From contig NC_135255.1 in NCBI RefSeq assembly GCF_964204865.1, positions 6,696,001-6,760,000 of the forward strand: DNA of 64,000 bases. The letters are read 5' to 3'. Under the pieces are notes generated by a model, which saw only the letters and a list, made by a program, of their open reading frames with translations, did not search any database and was not told the DNA's origin. A program made the translations under genes and the position numbers. The stretch comes from Styela clava. Its lineage: Eukaryota. Each line of letters starts with the position of its first letter. The stretch's first letter is position 1. This document shows, in pieces, positions 1 to 13,100 of the stretch.

Positions 1-1123
1 CAGGAATTATATTAATCAACAGATTGTTTGTTGTGTTGAGAGGTGATAGTGTTGTGTATGTATGTTTACTTGAGTTGTAGATTTAAAAGAACTCTGTTTG
101 GTCTGCTGCTGAAAGTGTAATTAGTGCTAGACGCAGGAGTCTGTAAGGTCGGTTTTTCTCTTTAAGTACAAGGTAATATTGTCGGTTTGAGAAGTTAGGT
201 AGGCTGGACTGCCATTGACAGATTTGAAGAAAAAAATTATTAAAAGTTTCCACAATTTCCACAATAAAAACCAATTACGCCAATAGTTACATAGATTTAC
301 TTTGAGACAGCACTGCCAGTAAATAGCTGTTCACATTATTTACGTCGACAATATCACTTAAACAGCTAGGGGGTGGATGGAATGCTGCAATGTTGATGTT
401 TTTGGAAAAAAACTTTTAGCACAGAAATTTAGTTCATCAGAGCGAATCTTTACAGTTTATGGATTAGCATTAGTGGCTCATCCAGTTGAACGAGCAAAAA
501 CCATTTTTGAGGTTACGAAAGAAAGAATCTCAGATGTTTAAATTCAATCTTAATTTATATCAAATATCAAGTGTGTTCGGCATTTAATCAGTAAGAAGGG
601 ATTTGCAATTATCTATTTTACCGAGCATGTCGGCACTAGTAAAAGCTCACAAACACTGATTTTGCGTTCTCAAGTTAACCACCTCATCCTACGTACATGT
701 CGTTAAAATTAGAATTTCCGTGGGCTAAGCCCATTTGATGCGGCTAATTCTACAGAACCTAATAAACAAAATTCTGGGAAAAATACCAAGAAAGACGTTT
801 CCATATTGAAGACTCTTTGAAAGCTGCCACATTCAAGCTATCATAGTTAACCGAAACGTGAAATTAACCACGAACTCACAGCCTAATCCGATAAGTAGAA
901 AAAAGGGAGGACTGGCTGTGTAAACAAAGTAATTGTTCTTAGTATATATGAACTATAGAATTTTGCTACAGCACCTAAGACACTGCTGTTACAGATCCTT
1001 TTTAAAGAGATGTAAAAAAAAACTTACATAAAAATGCAACTAATTAAAACTATTGTTTTATGATTTTATGTTCTTAGTACAATATACATTTACCAAGCTT
1101 CAACTTTTCAAAATTCTGCTCAG

Positions 1124-4100
1124 ATCAAGTTCTGAGGAATCTGGAAAGAGGGGAAAGAGGGATAAACCAGAAACAAAATCAATCTTAACAAAAGAACGGA
1201 AGTCTACTGCAGACTTGACAATTGGAATCAGTTCGATCAGTCTTCCTGATTCCCAATCCACCTCATCCGATAAATCGATTCTGTCCGAAATGGAAAGAAA
1301 ATCGCCAGAATCTAACGATGAAAACACCATGCGGAGTCATATTGTTGGAAAACCACCGAAGCATGTGCTTCCGCCCCTTCCGAAATTGCCGGATATAAAT
1401 GATGACGACGAGCCTCCATCACCTATTTATCAATCTGCGTTTGGAAAACCAACACCACGTTCATCGGTACTAATTCATTTTATATCATATTTATATTGTT
1501 TTTGAAAACCCATGTATCGTTTTAGTCATCATTTCAGAGTGTTCCAGCCCCAATATTTCATCCTAAATTTTCAAATTTTTATTTTCATTTTCGTGCACAA
1601 TCGGTACATTACGTTAAATCAACAGTTGGATGGAATTTTACTGACATTATGGGGTCCCCGTTGGTCATTTAATTTATCCATACCGTTAGGCAGTTATATG
1701 TGTAACAGTATGTATTTTTTTATTGTTGTCATGTTTATGATAATGTGTGCGAGAATAACTGAAAAGCCAAGAGAATGCAGATATAATTGTGTAATTACCA
1801 GTGAAGGCATTATCCGAAGATGCATAATTTTACCTGATATATATATAAATTTGAAAAAAAAAATCTTCTAGAGCAACGTCATTCATAATCGAACTAGGCT
1901 ATAATCAAGCTAGAGAAGTTATTTCAATACAACATACATCGAAGTGATAATTCGTATTTTTGATATCAAAATATTTTTGGTATCGGATCGTTTTGCTAAG
2001 AGGACTCGACTGTTGTAAAGCGATCGATGACTTGAATTCAGCCAAGTCGATGACAATCGAGTTTCCCCAACGGTAGTAGTGACAATCAATTTCACTTAGA
2101 TTTATATCATCGAATAATTGATTTTTATTTTTATTTTCAGCGTTCAAAAATCCCAATTCTCCCCGAGATGATTGATAATCCAGAGACACAGATGTCTGAA
2201 GAACAAAATAAACTCAAAAAAGAAGTGAGAAGTTATGTTGTAATCAAAATTGTGTTGACAACCGAAATTAATCCTTTTTTTACAAAAACATAGTAGTCAT
2301 TAACAAGCGACTTCTTATTCAGAGCCATGTTCAGAGGAAAAACGTGCATAGTAATTTGATAACCTTGTAATCAATTTTCACCGTATTTTAAAAATCACGT
2401 TTAAGATATAAGCAATATCCAAGAAACTTTGGTACTTTTGATCGTTTTGGTATGTTCTTAAAACTTCGTACATACACTTAGATATACTAATAATGTTACT
2501 AATTGTGTAAGTTGCTGTTTGTTAAGACCAGTCCGAGGCAAATACATGAAAAAATATTTCAGGCAATTTATTATACATTCAAGTGTTATCAACTTCAGTC
2601 ATTTCTTTAGCAAAACTAGAAAAAATGAGCTTCGTTATATTTTTGAATACGTTTTTTTTCATTCATCCATTTTTATTCATTATTTTTTCATTTATAAAAA
2701 AGAAAATACCTACTGTTACTGTTATTTTCTCAGGATGCAGAAAGAATGTTGGAAAATATGAAAAACAAAGGAAAGATGAAAACCAGGTTTTAAATATAAT
2801 CAAAATGTTTTTGTTTTTTATTTAAATTTGATAAAACAACATACAAAGAATTTTTTGATTTTCTAATTGAAAATCAATCAAATATGGATGATAAATATAT
2901 GAGTAGTTGTAATAAAGAAAACAACACTAGAAATGTGGCAAAGTATTTTTTATGTACACACCGGAGATTTTGATAAAATAGATTGATTTTTTTGATGTAT
3001 TCAACATATAGAATCTAATTGGAGGAGATCCCATTATGATATTTATATATATATACCTCAAAGTAATTTTTGTGCATTGTTCAAAGTACGCATTTTGGTT
3101 ACGACGTTTTAAATGAAAATGATAAGAAACCTAATAATATCTATTATCAGATGATTGGAGCTCCGTGTATAAAGTATTTTTGGACCTCCTTGAGTATGCG
3201 CACCAAGATGGCGCAAAACCTGAACTCAGGTTGTGTACCAGGTTAGGGTTCAGGTTGTGAGATATCTTGGTGCGCATACTTCAGGAGTACCGTATTTTTT
3301 GTGTGGAATAAAGACGAATTATCAAGATATATATTTTTTTCTTAATGATAAAACTTTCATTGATAAACCGTTGAGAAGTAGCAATCACACAAAAAATGTT
3401 CAAAAATGTTAGTTGTGTCAGGTTCGGTATCATGAACTTTAAAACTTCGCTCAAATAAAATACCGAACGTCTGCGTCAGTGCAATTAAATAAAAAAACAC
3501 AAAAAAAAACGAAAATTGGTTGTGTAGCCCTAAATGACCTATACGGAGGAAGCCATTCAAATGATAAGCGGACACTGTAACCATGTCCGCTCCTATAATT
3601 ATATATTTATATTTTATTATCTTTATTATTCGAAGACCTTTGACAAGAGGCAAGTCTAACGCTGAAATGCTACTTGATGCTGAAACGCCTGGAAGTGCTG
3701 TTGATGACGTTTTGAAAAAATTTTGCATTATAAGGTAATTGTTTTTCACTTACTTGTAATACTTTGACAATGAGTGTAAAACTGTAAATTATCAAATTTG
3801 TAAAATGTTGTTTAGAGAAATCAGATAGCTACAGGAGAAAAATCAGTGTAAATATATCCTAATTTTGCTTCACATTAAATCCTTATAAAAATATAGTATA
3901 TTTCAAATGTTTTTGTTTGGAATTTTACACATAGTACTACTTTTATATAAGTTAAATGTATAGGTCCAATGTATTTGTAAATATATGTCTGAACTTTTTC
4001 GATTAAACATAATTTGCCTAATTTCTCACGCCGTGGGTGAGATTGTGGGCTTGGATGGAATAATGAAATGAAAAGGGCTTCAGCCTGTGATTTCTACATT

Positions 4101-7100
4101 GTAATACCAACATACAGAACAGCGCTATAATCATGGGATTATTCATTGTAAAGCTACAATGAATAGACTTTAATCAAAGTGAATTTCAGTAAAGAATTTT
4201 AGAATAAATAGTTATGCTCTTGGACACGAAGTGTACATATTGATCGTTTTGTTAAAATGTTGTTGTTGTGTTGTTATTGTTGTGAAATAATCACATTTCA
4301 TGCTACCAATAGACCGATTTTAAGGGCTTGTGAAGCTGTTAGAAAGCTATTTCTCCTATTTTTCAAGCTGTTATGGGACCCCAATATTTCATCCTAACTG
4401 TTTCATTTTAATTCACGGGAACACTTTTATATTACATATTGGAACATTTTTATATGACATTTGAACTTGTTGCTCACTTATTTCCAGAGAGGAAAGCCTT
4501 CCCAGATATCGTCATATATTCGACAAACATCTGATGTTAAAAGAGATGAGATTGAGGGAAAGAGCGATGAAAGCAAAACGAGCGAACAATGAGTTGTTCA
4601 ACGAAGATTCTTTCGAAGATGTTACATTAGGTAAAAGAGAACGTCGCCAATTTTATAACTGTGAATACCTTGGGCCAACAGATAGATTAAAGTGTTTTCT
4701 TACGTAAACAGATGAAAGTTATAGTGGTCCGTGTCCTATACTTCATCGCGGGTCACCAATTCGTTAGATTTTTTTTTTAAGTTTTTTGAATACGTCTTTT
4801 TATTTTCAGAGGAAAGTTACAGGGAAGGACCTGCACATGTTGAATTGAAAAAACTCATGTTTCTGGCTGAATTACTGGCTGATAAAATCGATACAACTGA
4901 ACATGAAATCGTGGTGGCCAAAGGTAAGTTATTAGCTATGTTCTTCATTGCAGAACATGGCTTCGACTTATGAATCGTTTTGCTAAACTTCTGTTGCTGT
5001 TGTTGTTATTGTTGTGGTGGTTAGTATGATTGTTGTTGTTGTGAAATGTTCGATTTCTGTTGGAACAATCGATTTCAAGTTTTTCGTATTTGATGATGGC
5101 AGAAAGGATGCTACTGTTATTTTATTTTCAAATATTCTTCGAGCTCATTATTCAATCTGAATTTTTCTATTTTTGCGTATATTGTTCAACTAAAGTTAGT
5201 CCGTCAACTTCTCGGCAAATCCACTGTAAGGTCTTACCGATATAGATATAAATTGGCCAAGGTTTTGAGATTTGATTTCAAACTTTTGAATGATTAGAAT
5301 TAGATAATATATTTCTGCATAATTGGCATTGGCTACTGCGATTGGTCACTTGGTATCCGTGTCCATATATCTGGGTATTGCTCTCTTGTTCAAAATCTAT
5401 CACTTTTTTGCAGGCATTACAATCTGAATAACGTAATTAATAATCCATTTTCTCTTTCACAATTTACCCAGGATGCTTGGATAGAGCTAAAGCGTTAACA
5501 GCTCGAGAGATTCTCTTCAAAACCCAGCCGTCTCTCGCGACACCTCGTAGACGGAAAACGCCCAAAACACGCCCAACTTCAACATCAGTTTTCGGCAGAA
5601 ACGCAGTCTTAGACGAAGATTTTCAAAACGAGAAAGAAATCATGGAGAACGCCGAAACTGCAATGAGCATTACGCAACAAAAGTATGATTATGACCAGTC
5701 AGCAAGAATTGGGTATGAAAGCAGAAGTGGAACGCCAAGACAAAAAATGCAACAACCAACATTACACCTTCCGGAGATAAGAGCACCGCAAAGTGGAACA
5801 CTGGAAATTCCTTTGGAAGGTAAGTTTAACTGCTGTATATATCATTTGGACCTCCTGAAGTATGCGCACCAAGATTGTGCACAACCTGAACTAAGGTTGT
5901 GTACCAGGTTAGGGTTCAGGTTATGCGACATTTTGATGCGCATAGTTCAGGAGTACCTATCATTTTTCCCATCAAAGAATTATTTGTGTCTGGTATACTT
6001 GGATAGGGCAGGGTATGGAGTTGGAGTCAGAAAATGACTATTTTGCTAGCCATTATCCAAAGTAACATTTGGTCCGCACTAAAAATTCACGGAGTAGGGA
6101 ATTGGTGTATTAATCAGACTTCAATTAAAAAGCTACACTAGTTACTGCTATGTAAGAGGCAATTGTCCGAACTCGTAGACCAGCGGTAAGTCAGAATATT
6201 TGCTGAACTGGAGTAGGAGTCAAAGTTTCGAATGAACGATTGTCGGATCTGTCTTTCTCCAGCTCCCTATCCTTGGCAGCTCCTTAATATACCATACGTC
6301 GGAATATTCTCTCAACGAAATACGATAATGTCTATGGCTTCTTTCATATATTGTAAATGCCTGTGTCAAGTTAAACTTTTTACCTTCTGCTTTTTTCAGA
6401 ACTCAATGATGCACAAGTCTTAAATAAACTTAGTACAAAACATCGTAAAGAAATCGGAATTGATCCAGTGGTAAAACACAACACAGCTGCTTTTCTAGCG
6501 TTGCAAGATAAATTAAAGCGAATGAAAGAAAGACAAAAAAAACTTTTAGGTGAGTACAAATCAAATAACAAAAATATTTTTTATTAATTAGGTTAAAATG
6601 GCAATTGATATAATAGAATTTCCTAGCTCATCAAAATTGCTTCTTAGAGTATTAGGAAGAGAAATAAAGAGTGAGATAGAGATATTCATTGTGTAGTCAA
6701 CCACAAAATAGTAATCGCGACATACAAACATACAGTAACATACACAATGTTGTTTGGTATAAACTGGTAAAAGCGATGCGACCATACGATTATAAAAGTC
6801 AACTTGGCCTGTCCACTTCTGTGTATAAGATTCTCAGGTTATAGTTGACTATATAAGGACACTATATATTATTGTTTTATGTTCATAAAGTACTTATTCA
6901 ATGGTTATTGCGTTATGCAAAGCGTTGATAACACGACATTGCAAATTTACCACATATTTTTTTTTACAAATGCTACATAGGTATGGGTACAGTTTGTCGG
7001 CTTTATTTGTTCCAAATACATAGACTAGGTGGTAGGAGGAATGCACAACCGGCCGGCATACCCTACAACAACAAATTCTCCAACAATCCCCTCGCATTGA

Positions 7101-10100
7101 ATTGAAATCATCGAATACTGTCGAAGTCAAAGATAGATTAGTGACCTCTTGGCTTCTTTTTCTCAATATATTTTATATTAGATTTCCTCTACCTAGAAAA
7201 TCTTTTTAGAACGTTTGGAAAAGCAGAAACTCGAAGCTGAGAGAGAAAGAGGGAATGAAAAACACGAAAAAAGTAAAAAAGAGACTTTCATCAGGCAACA
7301 AAGCGTGGTTTATCAAGTATGTACATTATGAATCCATTATTTGTCTCTTTTTAAAACAATATCCTCTAGGTGGCAAACTTGAGCTCGATTCGATACAAAT
7401 TGACAATGTAAATTTTGTTGGCAACGTCTATCCAGTTAAAAAATGCGAAATATCATAATTTATTTCAATAATTTAATCTTGTACCAAAAAATTTTTTGTA
7501 TCTCTTGTTGATTAGGTATAGTACCGATTGACGCTGTAGAATCAAAGATGTGATCCACACTATTGAATAACTCGTTTTGGAATTGATGACAATTTTGACT
7601 TTGAATCTGGGTTTAAAAAAGCTAACTTCGACTAAGATAACTTCCCACAACCGACATCACGATAACAAAAATTTAACTACAAATTTTTATTCTGTTCCGG
7701 TCAAAAATTTTATCGTGGCTGAAGACTTCCTAAATCTAGAAATTCAAAATTTGATTTTAACCATCATATGAGAAAATAGTCTAATTTTGACTTTGGATCA
7801 AACATATATAATTTTCCACTATACCTTCTAACCAAATATCGTGCATATACTATGTTTAGTCTGTAAATTGTTTTGGCTCCTAATAAAAATACCTGATAAG
7901 ACCAATGTTTAAAAATTTAAATTTCAGAGGCACCCTGTTTGAACGGTTTGTTTTTGGTGTATATATCGGTTTTATGAAGTCTAGTTTGGTGCTTTTATAG
8001 ATTTGTAACAAGAAAATTGGTGCATAGTGTTAAGCATTGACATTAGCATTTAGCAACACGATTGTCTATGGCGGTGTAAGAGTGCGAGTTTGGAGCTCGT
8101 GGGATTTCATTTATGTATTATGGTATTGGGACAATTTGTCTATCGTTTTTATTTAAATTCACTACTCCTCGTCATCGTATGAAATAAGTATAACCACTGG
8201 TCAGTTACAGCTCTCATAAACGATACAACGAGTTGGCTATTCCAGTACCTGGGCTGATAGTCGAGCATGAATCCGTGATCTAAATATGGTTGAACAGTCT
8301 CATCGGTTTTCATTCCCACCTCATAATTTTGAAAAGCCCATTTTTAGTACAAAAGCTGACGTCGGTTGCTATAATGGTTTTTTCCAACTGTTTTCCTTAT
8401 TTTCACGGTACTTTTAGTTTTATAATTTTAAAATTGAACTTTCATTCTATTGCAATTTTAAGAACATTTTTGTCATAGATTAATAATTAATCGAATAAAA
8501 CGTAAATTTGTTTTACTTCAACAAAATTCACCTTTCGCAGTGAAAGAAAGAAAAAGGGGATTGTATTATGTATCCTTTGTTGGTACCCTTAGACAATCAT
8601 TTATATTGTTTACTTCATAATAGGCACTTCATCCAGCAGACGATCCAGTTTTATCTATCGATGACGTACCAGAAGCATTACGTGACGTCAATGGAGAAAT
8701 TTCCAGAGCAGATAGTGCTGTTATTTTCGAGGTATTATGTTATCTGTATGTGATTATAAGGTATCGATTAAAAGATAACTGTTTGTTTAGATGGCTTCGT
8801 ACAATATTAAACTTGCTTCGTTTGAGCATGATTCAATGATGTTCTGTTAATAGATGTTAGATAATACAAACATAATTTGCAAAATCAATACCATTGCTAT
8901 GAAAACACATTTAATGTGTAAATTCAACACATTTAAAAATATGTGCAAAATTTATCAATATTTCGTATTAGCTCGTTTTTTTGCTGTAATACAACAATAC
9001 CACCAAATTTAATTCTGAAAGTCGACGCAAAGAACGTGAATCACACAAACGCTAAAAGCTTAGTTTCCGATACTATTTGACGATGCAACATGGTTGTAAT
9101 TATTAGATTAAGTTCACTATTCTATCCACTATTATTAAGAGCCATTGAGATTTGAATGATCCACAATATAATTCTATGGAATTACTATTGAAAATGAATT
9201 ATCAAAACTAATCTAATATATTAACAAAAATGTAATCCGTTGATAAAGTGTAATAGATCGAAGACTCATTAAAGTTTTTTTGGCCGACTACCTTATAATG
9301 AGAAGCCAATATCATCAATGGCTATCAAAGCAACTAATATCCTGAAAATGTATTTTTAGTAACTTTCCAAAAATATTTAGGATTTTTTTTTTCATCAAAT
9401 TGCTTTATTGAGGCTTCTAATTAACTAAATTCAAGAATCGTGTCATCCGGTATAAAATGATACAGACTTAGATTCAATAATTCCACATGCAGCTACCACT
9501 TTGTCCTATTTGAAGCAATTCTGATCATACATTCGGATCCGAATAGAATTGATGATAGGGCTAGGCCGAAGTTGGACTAGACCCTAGAAACGCAGACTTT
9601 TTCCAAGTCCTGTAATGTAACTCGCTGGAAGTTTGGTATCGTCAGAAAAGTTGTGGAATTTTTGTATGTTTATTTATTTCGTGACAACTTTATAACCACA
9701 AGTTGCTAAGGTATTTATGTAAAAGTGTCATCCAGGGAGAACCGATAGTATTGATTCACTGAATAAATATACAACGATGACTAAACTCATTGTTCACATA
9801 ATATAATCCAAAATATTGAGAAAATAGGAGGTTTTCAGAAAAGGGTGTTGAAAGCTGTGATTCAATTGGAAGAAGTATAGAACAATGGATGCCTCATCGC
9901 GTACGGCGTCGCGGGTTAGAATTCTCGTATCTAGATAGCATGACCACACCATCTACCATATTTTTTTAGGTTTTAATCTTTCGTCGGATTTTTTCCACCA
10001 CGGTACGTCACTAAGTCCTTGAAATCGTGGAAATGGAATTACTTGTGAAATGAAAGTACATATTGATCGTTTTGCTGAATATGTTGTTGTTGCTGGTCTT

Positions 10101-13100
10101 GGGGTTGTTGTTGTTATGATAAATGGCTTTTCTCCTCAATTACTGGATCTTTGATTTCAAATTTTCAGTACTTGATGATGTAAGAAGTTATTGGATGAGC
10201 CGTTACTTCTTATTTTTAATTATTTCTGATGCCCACGAGGCCAGATATGTCACCCTAATTTTGCTCATTTATACTAACTCCCCTTTTTGACATTTGACCT
10301 CCGTTATCATATATTTGAGCATTGCTCACTTTTTTCGCTAGCAAATATTGTAATTCGTGTATATTGAATTATACGTTTGTTATACGCCAAGCATTGTGAA
10401 ATCTGGAGAATTGAATAGCTTTTCTTGTTGCCACGTGTTGTTGTTGGAACACATCCATCTCAATGGTCTGACTACCGGTACTGTAAAAGATTTGATGCAC
10501 CTTCGTTTTGATCTTCGTTCATATATTTGAGCATTGTTCTCTTGTTTGTCGACAGTGTGGTAATTGTCACTATATATAATTTTGTGAACGTGATGAACAT
10601 TGATTTTGCGTTTTTTTAATCTGATTATATTTATGTTAATTTGTCTGATAGAAGAAGAAAATCACTTCAAAATTATGGTTAGATCGCCAGAGGGCAAGAA
10701 TATACATGCGTATTACATGATTTATCATATAAATATATAGCTCTAATGATCTCATTAGTCCGCACAAGGTGAACGCGTGGTTTATGTGAAATCGGTGTTA
10801 CCAACTGTAACGTTACAAACATTTTTCAATGGCTAGTCTTTACTGAGACAATATAGATTGTGTGGGAAATGATATAAATATGTAAAGTTTCTTCAAAGGT
10901 TCGAGTCACAAGATTTTCTCCGAGCTTTTCTGGAATGGGTCGATAATATCTCTCATATCATTGTCCTATACAATTTAAAAGAATTCTAATTTTATTCCAT
11001 AAATAGTAATTCTACAAGCTAACTTTACTATTTTAAAACAAATGTATTATGTCTATATGAAATCCCAATAGACCGCTATACAGATGCTTGAATGGTCATT
11101 GGTCACAATGCTCTAACAACGTTGCGTGGGTGGGTTTCCACAGCAGTATTCTCATGATGGATATATTTACTTCGATGATTCATTATTATTCACTCAGATT
11201 CCGAAACCGAAAACCGGAAATATTCCCGCAAACAACAAATTTCTTCCTTGTGTAACTTTTTTCATTCCGAATAAGGACATGCATAAGAATCCAATGAAAC
11301 GTAAAGAGGTATTATACCTGAAAAGGCCGGAATCTCTTTGCTTAGGCATTGCTAACCGAATTTATTACATCCTAGATTTTCCTAAAATTTTTGGTACTCC
11401 CGTAGTGTGTGTCGTTATTACGATTTTTCTTATTTTAGTTCTATTACGAGTTCAGGGACTGTCTGTGTTAGCCAAGTGAATATACCCCCTGCCCGTAGGC
11501 TTCAGTCCTCTTACACAACTTGACGTAAAGTGGGCGAACAAAATTAGTTATCTCCATATAGGTTCTCACACTTCTGGAGCGCCAAATTTTTAACCTGTGA
11601 TGAAAATATAGTCATGTCTAGCACGCTGATCACAAGGGTCCCTGGCCATTGTTTGTCCTGTTTCGTCATACAGGTAGTTTTAAAACACGCAAGTAATCTG
11701 AACGTCTAGAGCAGGGGTTCTCAAACTTTTGGTGTTGCGGAGCCCTGAAAAGGTTGACTATTATTCGCGGAGCCCCAAAAGAAATGTTAAAATTGTAGCT
11801 TTCCGATAAATATTCCTGAGTAAGTTAAATGTACTTAACTTAATTTAAATGCTAAACTTTTTTTTAATGGGGTTAATGCAAGTCGTAAATAAATCAAAAT
11901 TTCAAAGATAAATTATATATACTCTTACTAAAGCTGTAAATTTGACACTTGACAAACATATTAATAAACTAGGGGTCGAATCTTTTCCCTTTTGACATTT
12001 TCGGAAGACTTAAAAGGCTGCTAATAACGAGCGCGATTGCATTTTGTTACAATCACCGATAGTTTTCGTCAGCATGGCATGTTTTTAAACATCTTTACGC
12101 CGGTGTTTATTCTCCCTAAATCAAAAATTTTCTTCGGCATATACATGTATTGTTCCACATTGACGACGATAAATGCTTTTTTGTTCTCGTGGGGAATTAT
12201 GAGTTCAATGTGAAAAACATGTTCCATATAGTCATCCGCGACGAAATGCTAAAAATAATAATTAATAATAAAGAGGTTAATCCGCAACTCAAATTTCTTG
12301 ATTGAAAAACGGCATTCTAAAATATTAAAACTTAAAATAAAAGATCACACTATAAGTTTGGTTTTAGCAGACTCACGTCAGATTAAAAACGCTTTTATAG
12401 GCATTGTAAATCACAAAATTTGGTGTAATGTTAGGTTTTCTTTGGTTATTCATCATATAGTAACTGCGAAATCGAAACACAGTCAATTGGGTGCGCGATT
12501 TACCTTTTTTTTTATTCTGAAACTACCGACGAAGCCACATGCATTGAAATAAATTTCAATCGTATTTTGCCCAGATCTTGTGATTTTTTAAACGGCGATA
12601 TCTTGCTTAATAATAATCTCGAGTGCAAAAGAACAAATCAAGTTTGACAAATTCCAAGATCGCAAAAATATGACTCCAATTTATTTATATTTGGCAGTTT
12701 ATCACGTATTTTATGTTATTTTAGAATAGTATTCTTTCATTTTAGTAATCCTAATAGTAATCTCGAATGAAACTTGAGTAACTACAATTACAATTGTAGT
12801 AGTTGTAGTACAATTGAATTATTACGACAAGACACTTTAAATGCTCGTATCGGCCATACATTGAATATGTTACGCAACAGAAATCTCGTTATCCGTTTTT
12901 TATAATCGCAAAGAATGTTGCGCGGAGATTTCCGATTCAAATCCCCACCTCTTGAGTATCCAGGCTGCGCCCAGCTTATAAATAATGTCATTTTTCAATT
13001 CCACCTTTTTGCCATATTTCGAGGCTATATTAATGTCAAATTTTATCAAAGCTGTTGTTGTTTCTTTGAACAGCTACAAAACTAGTCATTATTTTGAAAA

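Noticed and set aside
1-1050. First coding exon of the + strand gene
   Set aside because: No ATG-initiated frame with a phase-2 donor was found; the frames tested stop early. The start is probably outside the window.
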